DNA from: Rhizaria sp. SCN 62-66
Lineage: Eukaryota
DNA length: 20,000 nt
Direction of reading: 5' to 3'
NCBI GenBank assembly: GCA_001724265.1
Contig: MEDY01000044.1
Location: forward strand, 116,102-136,101
This document shows, piece by piece, positions 16,439 through 20,000 of this stretch. The notes below the pieces were generated by a model, which was not told the DNA's origin, made no database searches, and saw only the letters and a program-made list of their open reading frames with translations. Both the position numbers and the translations under genes were made by a program. Position 1 is the stretch's first letter. Each line of letters opens with the position of its first letter.

Positions 16439-18721
16439 ATGGATCCTTCGGGCCGCGGTCTCGCCCCGAACCCGCTCATTCTCCCCGGTCTCTCCCGGGC
16501 CCCGGCGCAGGGCAACAACTACTCCGCATACAGCGGTGCAGGCGCCGGCTCCATGCCGCAAATGCCCAGCGTGAGTCCCCACGACGTCGCCTCGCTGAAC
16601 GCGCGCCTCCGCGTCACCGAGCAGCTCTACGCCGAGCTGGCCGAGCGCGTCTCTGTCTCGGGCGCGCTCTCGGCCCCGCAGCGCGCGCAGTCGCTGCACG
16701 ATAGCCTCGACTCGCGTCTGCGCCAGATGGAGGCCCGCCTGGGCGCCCTGTCCGCGGCCGCTGGAGGGGAGAACTCGCAAACGCTGGCGCTGCTGCACCG
16801 CCTTGAGGCACGCGTCACCACGCTCGAGACCACCGTGGGCAACGTCGCCGAGGACGTTGCCGCGCTGCGCACTTACGTCAAGGACAGCAACCAGCGCGTC
16901 TCCAACATCGAGGCGGCGGCGGCCGTGTCTCCGTTGCACGCCTCGCCGTCCTCGGCGCTCGTGGCCTACTCCTCCGCGTCCAACGGTGCCGACGGCAGCT
17001 ACAGCGCTGCCCCTGCGTCGCTCTCCTCTATTGCCACGCTCTCCTCGCGTCTCGTCAGTCTCGAATCTACTCTGGCGGAGACGCGTCGCTCGCACACGCA
17101 GTCGCTCGACGGCCTCGCGCGCGCGCTCGCAGAAACTACCCGCAACGCCACCGCCGCGGCCTCGGCCGCCGCCACGGCCCGCGCCGCCGACGCCGACGCG
17201 CACACGCGTTTCCGCGCCTCGCTGGCCGCGCAGCTGCGCGCGCTGACCGAGGAGCTCCAGCGGGGCTTTCTCGCCTCGCACTCACAGATCGCCGCCGCGG
17301 TCGAGGCCGAGGCCGCCGCGCGCGTCGGGGACGTCGCCAAGGCCGCGCGTGGCACGGCGGCCGCCTTCGGCAAGGTCCAAGTTGCGATGCGCGTGGTGGC
17401 CGAGGAGGCGACGGCCGCCAAGACGCTCGCCAAGCAGGCGCTCTCCGAAATCTCTCAATCCCGCAGCAAGGGTAGTCATAGCAGCGGCAGCAGCGGCAGC
17501 AGCAGTGGTGTGAGCGGAATCGTGGGCGGTGGCGGAGTCGAAGGACTGCTGGAGTCGTTTGTGGCCGCGGGCAAGCTGCAGGAGCAGAAGCAGCGCAAGA
17601 TCAAGCAGAGCCAGGCCGACAATGAGGCGCGGGCCGAGGCCGAGGTGGAAGGGGCAGCGATGGTCGCGGATCTCGCGTGGCCCGCGCCCCGCAGCGGCAA
17701 CAGTAACCGCAACAACAGCAACAGCAGCAACCACCAGAGCAGCAGTGCTCGCTCTAGTGGTAACAACGGCTCTGCTGCTGCTGCTGCCGCTGCCAATGAT
17801 GAGAGTGCTAACGGCGAGATGGGTGAGCTCAAGGGCGAGTTCCAGGAGCAAGACTCTGAGTTTGCCTGGGATGGCGTCACGGACTCGTTCAAAGTCAAGC
17901 CGCGCCCAAATCAAGGCGACAACAGCAACAACAAGGACAAAGACAAGGACAAGATCAAAGACAGCGCCAGCGCCAGCAGTAGCAAGGACGGCAAGGACAA
18001 GACTGCTGCCTCCGGCGCCAGCGACAGGCCTCATGGCCCTGCTGCTGCCGCTGCGAACGGCGGTAAGAATGACTTGTCGTCGCTGCTGGAGTCGCTTCGC
18101 GCACTCAGCAGCTCTGTGTCGTCGCTGCCCTCGTCCTCAGACTCGGTCTCTGCACTCAGCAGCGCCAGCGCCAACATAAAGCAGCAGCAGCAGCAGCCTG
18201 TCGCTGCTCCTGCCAGTGTGAAGCATGACCACACTCACGCTCCTGCTGCTGCTCCTTCTTCGGCTGCAACTGCGGCTGCGGCCGTGAGCGCCGACGACAG
18301 GCCTATTGGCCCCAAGAGCAACAGCAACAGTGTCAGCAGCACTCCCGCGAACGCGAGTGTTAACGCAAACAGTGCGCGTTATGACAGCAACGATGATCGC
18401 CCTCTTGGCGGCGGAAGCAAGAGCAGTGCCGCGCACCATGACAGCAACGACGACCGGCCGATCGGCGGCAGCAGCAAGAAAAGCTTCAACTTCAACGCCG
18501 ACGCCGACGCTGACAGCGGCAGCAGTCACGGCGGCGCCAGCGACAAGAAGCCCGCGAAGCCGAGCGCAGTGGGCGCGGTGAGCGCGAGCGGCGCGGCCGG
18601 CGCGGGGCACACGGCCGACTGGGGCACGGGCGCGGGTGCGCCGCTGCGGCCGATCATGGAGAGCTCGCAGGAGTTTAACACCAGCATCGGTTCGCCGGTC
18701 AAGATGAAGATGCACAACTGA
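16439..18721 (+). CDS. Uncharacterised protein: N-terminal coiled coil, disordered C-terminal half with repeated DDRP(I/L)G motifs (~760 aa)
   Basis: ATG at 16439 in an ACCATGG context where GC content rises; C/G-ending codon bias; TGA at 18719-18721. Heptad-like stretches LDSRLRQMEARLGAL, LLHRLEARVTTLETTVGNVAEDVAALRTYV and LSSRLVSLESTLAE. No family recognised. Confidence 0.8.
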   Translation: MDPSGRGLAPNPLILPGLSRAPAQGNNYSAYSGAGAGSMPQMPSVSPHDVASLNARLRVTEQLYAELAERVSVSGALSAPQRAQSLHDSLDSRLRQMEARLGALSAAAGGENSQTLALLHRLEARVTTLETTVGNVAEDVAALRTYVKDSNQRVSNIEAAAAVSPLHASPSSALVAYSSASNGADGSYSAAPASLSSIATLSSRLVSLESTLAETRRSHTQSLDGLARALAETTRNATAAASAAATARAADADAHTRFRASLAAQLRALTEELQRGFLASHSQIAAAVEAEAAARVGDVAKAARGTAAAFGKVQVAMRVVAEEATAAKTLAKQALSEISQSRSKGSHSSGSSGSSSGVSGIVGGGGVEGLLESFVAAGKLQEQKQRKIKQSQADNEARAEAEVEGAAMVADLAWPAPRSGNSNRNNSNSSNHQSSSARSSGNNGSAAAAAAANDESANGEMGELKGEFQEQDSEFAWDGVTDSFKVKPRPNQGDNSNNKDKDKDKIKDSASASSSKDGKDKTAASGASDRPHGPAAAAANGGKNDLSSLLESLRALSSSVSSLPSSSDSVSALSSASANIKQQQQQPVAAPASVKHDHTHAPAAAPSSAATAAAAVSADDRPIGPKSNSNSVSSTPANASVNANSARYDSNDDRPLGGGSKSSAAHHDSNDDRPIGGSSKKSFNFNADADADSGSSHGGASDKKPAKPSAVGAVSASGAAGAGHTADWGTGAGAPLRPIMESSQEFNTSIGSPVKMKMHN

Positions 18722-19235
18722 GCTGGGAACCGTAGGGTACAACAACGCCCAGTAGCAGTGATGGGTGTGTGTTGACTGCCTTTAATGATTTACATTAGTG
18801 ATAACAGCAACAGATGTATGCAGCAATGTTATTAACATCGCATATCGTCCTTTTGGTTGTGTCTTATTTTTTTACAAGATGTTACCTAGATTTTATTGTG
18901 TGTAAGCAATATGTGGGTCAATGCGTGTGTTGAGTATCAGCACAATGTGTTGACTCTAACTAAAACGGAATTATGAATATAACAAATAAATAAACTTTGC
19001 CACTTGACATAGTCGTCCAACATGCTGTTGTTTGAGCATTCGCGTTTCTACTTCGACATTTTCTGTCCCTTTAGTTGCAAACGCGATGATCTAAGAACCC
19101 TTATTTCATGTTTATTATGAAATAGTATAAAGAAACATAAAACATCGCGCGAACATTATTAAAACTATTTTTTATATTGCAACTATTAATACATAAAAAA
19201 AAAGCATCAGGGGCATCTAGTACTTAGATCGAGTA

Positions 19236-19308
19236 GGTTCTATAGCTCAGTGGTAGTAGCGCAGCTTTAGTAAAGCTGAGGTCACGAGTTCAATCCTCGT
19301 TAGAACCT
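19236..19308 (+). tRNA. trnT-AGT: tRNA-Thr, anticodon AGT, intronless
   Basis: Acceptor GGTTCTA/TAGAACC; D arm GCT-CAGTGGTAGT-AGC; anticodon arm CAGCT-TTAGTAA-AGCTG (AGT at 19269-19271); variable AGGTC; T arm ACGAG-TTCAATC-CTCGT; discriminator T; no encoded CCA. Confidence 0.95.
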
Positions 19309-19317
19309 TTTCTTTTT
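19308..19317 (+). terminator. RNA polymerase III oligo-T terminator of the tRNA
   Basis: TTTTCTTTTT immediately after the acceptor stem. Confidence 0.8.
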
Positions 19318-19849
19318 GTCTTTCTTCTCTCTGGCGCCGCCGCATCCAACTGACTCCGCCGCGCGCACGTTATTTTTTTTTGATCGCAGGGTCCAGGCGA
19401 TCGCAGAGGCATGCTCATGCTGTCTATAGTCACACAGCCAAGGTTAGTGATGCAAGGCTGGCGAAGCGTAGCTTTTGAAGAGACGGCTGTTCGGCGGAAA
19501 CCATGGGGTTGTGCTTAAAGAAGGCTTTTTATTGTTTGGTTTTGTTTGATTTTTTCTTTTTTGTTGTGTTGGTAAAGTTTTTTGGTTTGTTGTGTCATAC
19601 TTCTTCCGTTCGATAACATTTCATCTCTAAATCCCCCTGTTATACGATTCTATAAAACAACACGGAAGCAAGCATCACCAGACGATCATTCATTGAGAAC
19701 TAAAGTATATGAGTCATCTGTACAAAACAGCAAAACGCTGTTTGTGCGGTGTCTCGAGACAAGCGTTTTAGATGTGTGAGCGACGTAGCTGTAGAAGCTG
19801 TCTACGAGATGTAAGCTTAAAGTGCGTGGGTGGTGACACCAAAGGGCAC

Positions 19850-20000
19850 TTAGAAGAGGGAGAAGCCAGCCTTCTTGCCCTTGCCGTCGTCGGAGCCGGA
19901 CGAGGAGGAGGAGCCAGAGGCGGAGCCGCTGCCAGAGCCGGAGCCGGAGCCAGAGCCGGAGCCAGAGCCGGAGCCGGAGGCAGACTTGGAGGCGCCAGCA
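19850..20000 (-). CDS. 3' end of a gene entering from the right edge; possible 60S ribosomal P-stalk protein (P0/P1/P2)
   Basis: Not in the ORF track. The minus strand reads AGASKSA(SG)9SASGSSSSSGSDDGKGKKAGFSLF* (TAA at 19852-19850) with a restricted codon set (GGC, TCC/TCT, AAG, TTC, GAC). GFSLF resembles the P-protein terminal motif MGF(G/S)LFD. Coding status is likely; identity is tentative. Confidence 0.6.
   Translation of the reverse strand, partial: AGASKSASGSGSGSGSGSGSGSGSGSASGSSSSSGSDDGKGKKAGFSLF
19925..19978 (-). repeat. Hexamer coding microsatellite (TCYGGC)n encoding (Ser-Gly)9
   Basis: Plus strand shows tandem GAGCCG/GAGCCA units. Confidence 0.9.

Noticed and set aside
155..18745. 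Numerous overlapping and antisense ORFs of 60-380 aa in the ORF track (e.g. 2730-3872 -, 12065-13048 +, 16259-17281 -)
   Set aside because: Shadow frames of GC-rich, codon-biased genes; Arg/Ala/Gly-rich translations with no recognisable motifs.
19267..19273. tRNA loop contains TTA, suggesting an ochre suppressor or genetic-code change
   Set aside because: The perfect 5-bp stem and 7-nt loop centre the anticodon on AGT (Thr), and TAA terminates several genes here at the expected positions.
1..20000. CRISPR array or prokaryotic defence/operon-like system
   Set aside because: Eukaryotic intron-containing genes; the repeats I found are coding microsatellites or short motifs with no repeat-spacer structure, and no evident functional link joins the neighbouring genes.

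Overview
Gene-dense eukaryotic (protist-like) nuclear DNA with GC-rich coding blocks, AT-rich spacers and GT-AG spliceosomal introns. TAA and TGA both act as stops, consistent with the standard code. Left to right: (1) a 5'-truncated, >2200-aa Pumilio/PUF-family protein whose 8 repeats are split into three blocks by large inserts, with a Q/N/H-rich tail; (2) a ~2 kb AT-rich spacer; (3) an ankyrin-repeat protein with a probable mitochondrial presequence and one TM segment; (4) Rab geranylgeranyltransferase alpha subunit (minus strand); (5) head-to-head with it, a 5-exon bacterial-type mitochondrial tryptophanyl-tRNA synthetase (592 aa as I splice it); (6) an unknown coiled-coil protein with repeated DDRP(I/L)G motifs; (7) tRNA-Thr(AGT); (8) the 3' end of a minus-strand gene ending (SG)9...GFSLF*, resembling an atypical ribosomal P-stalk protein. 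The most notable items are the split PUF domain with degenerate base-recognition triplets, apparently reciprocal antisense 5'-UTR introns (with a nested stem) between RABGGTA and TrpRS, the non-acidic P-stalk-like tail, and Ala/Ser/Asn inserts in every recognisable conserved domain. All family calls come from motif recognition by eye; no searches were run.
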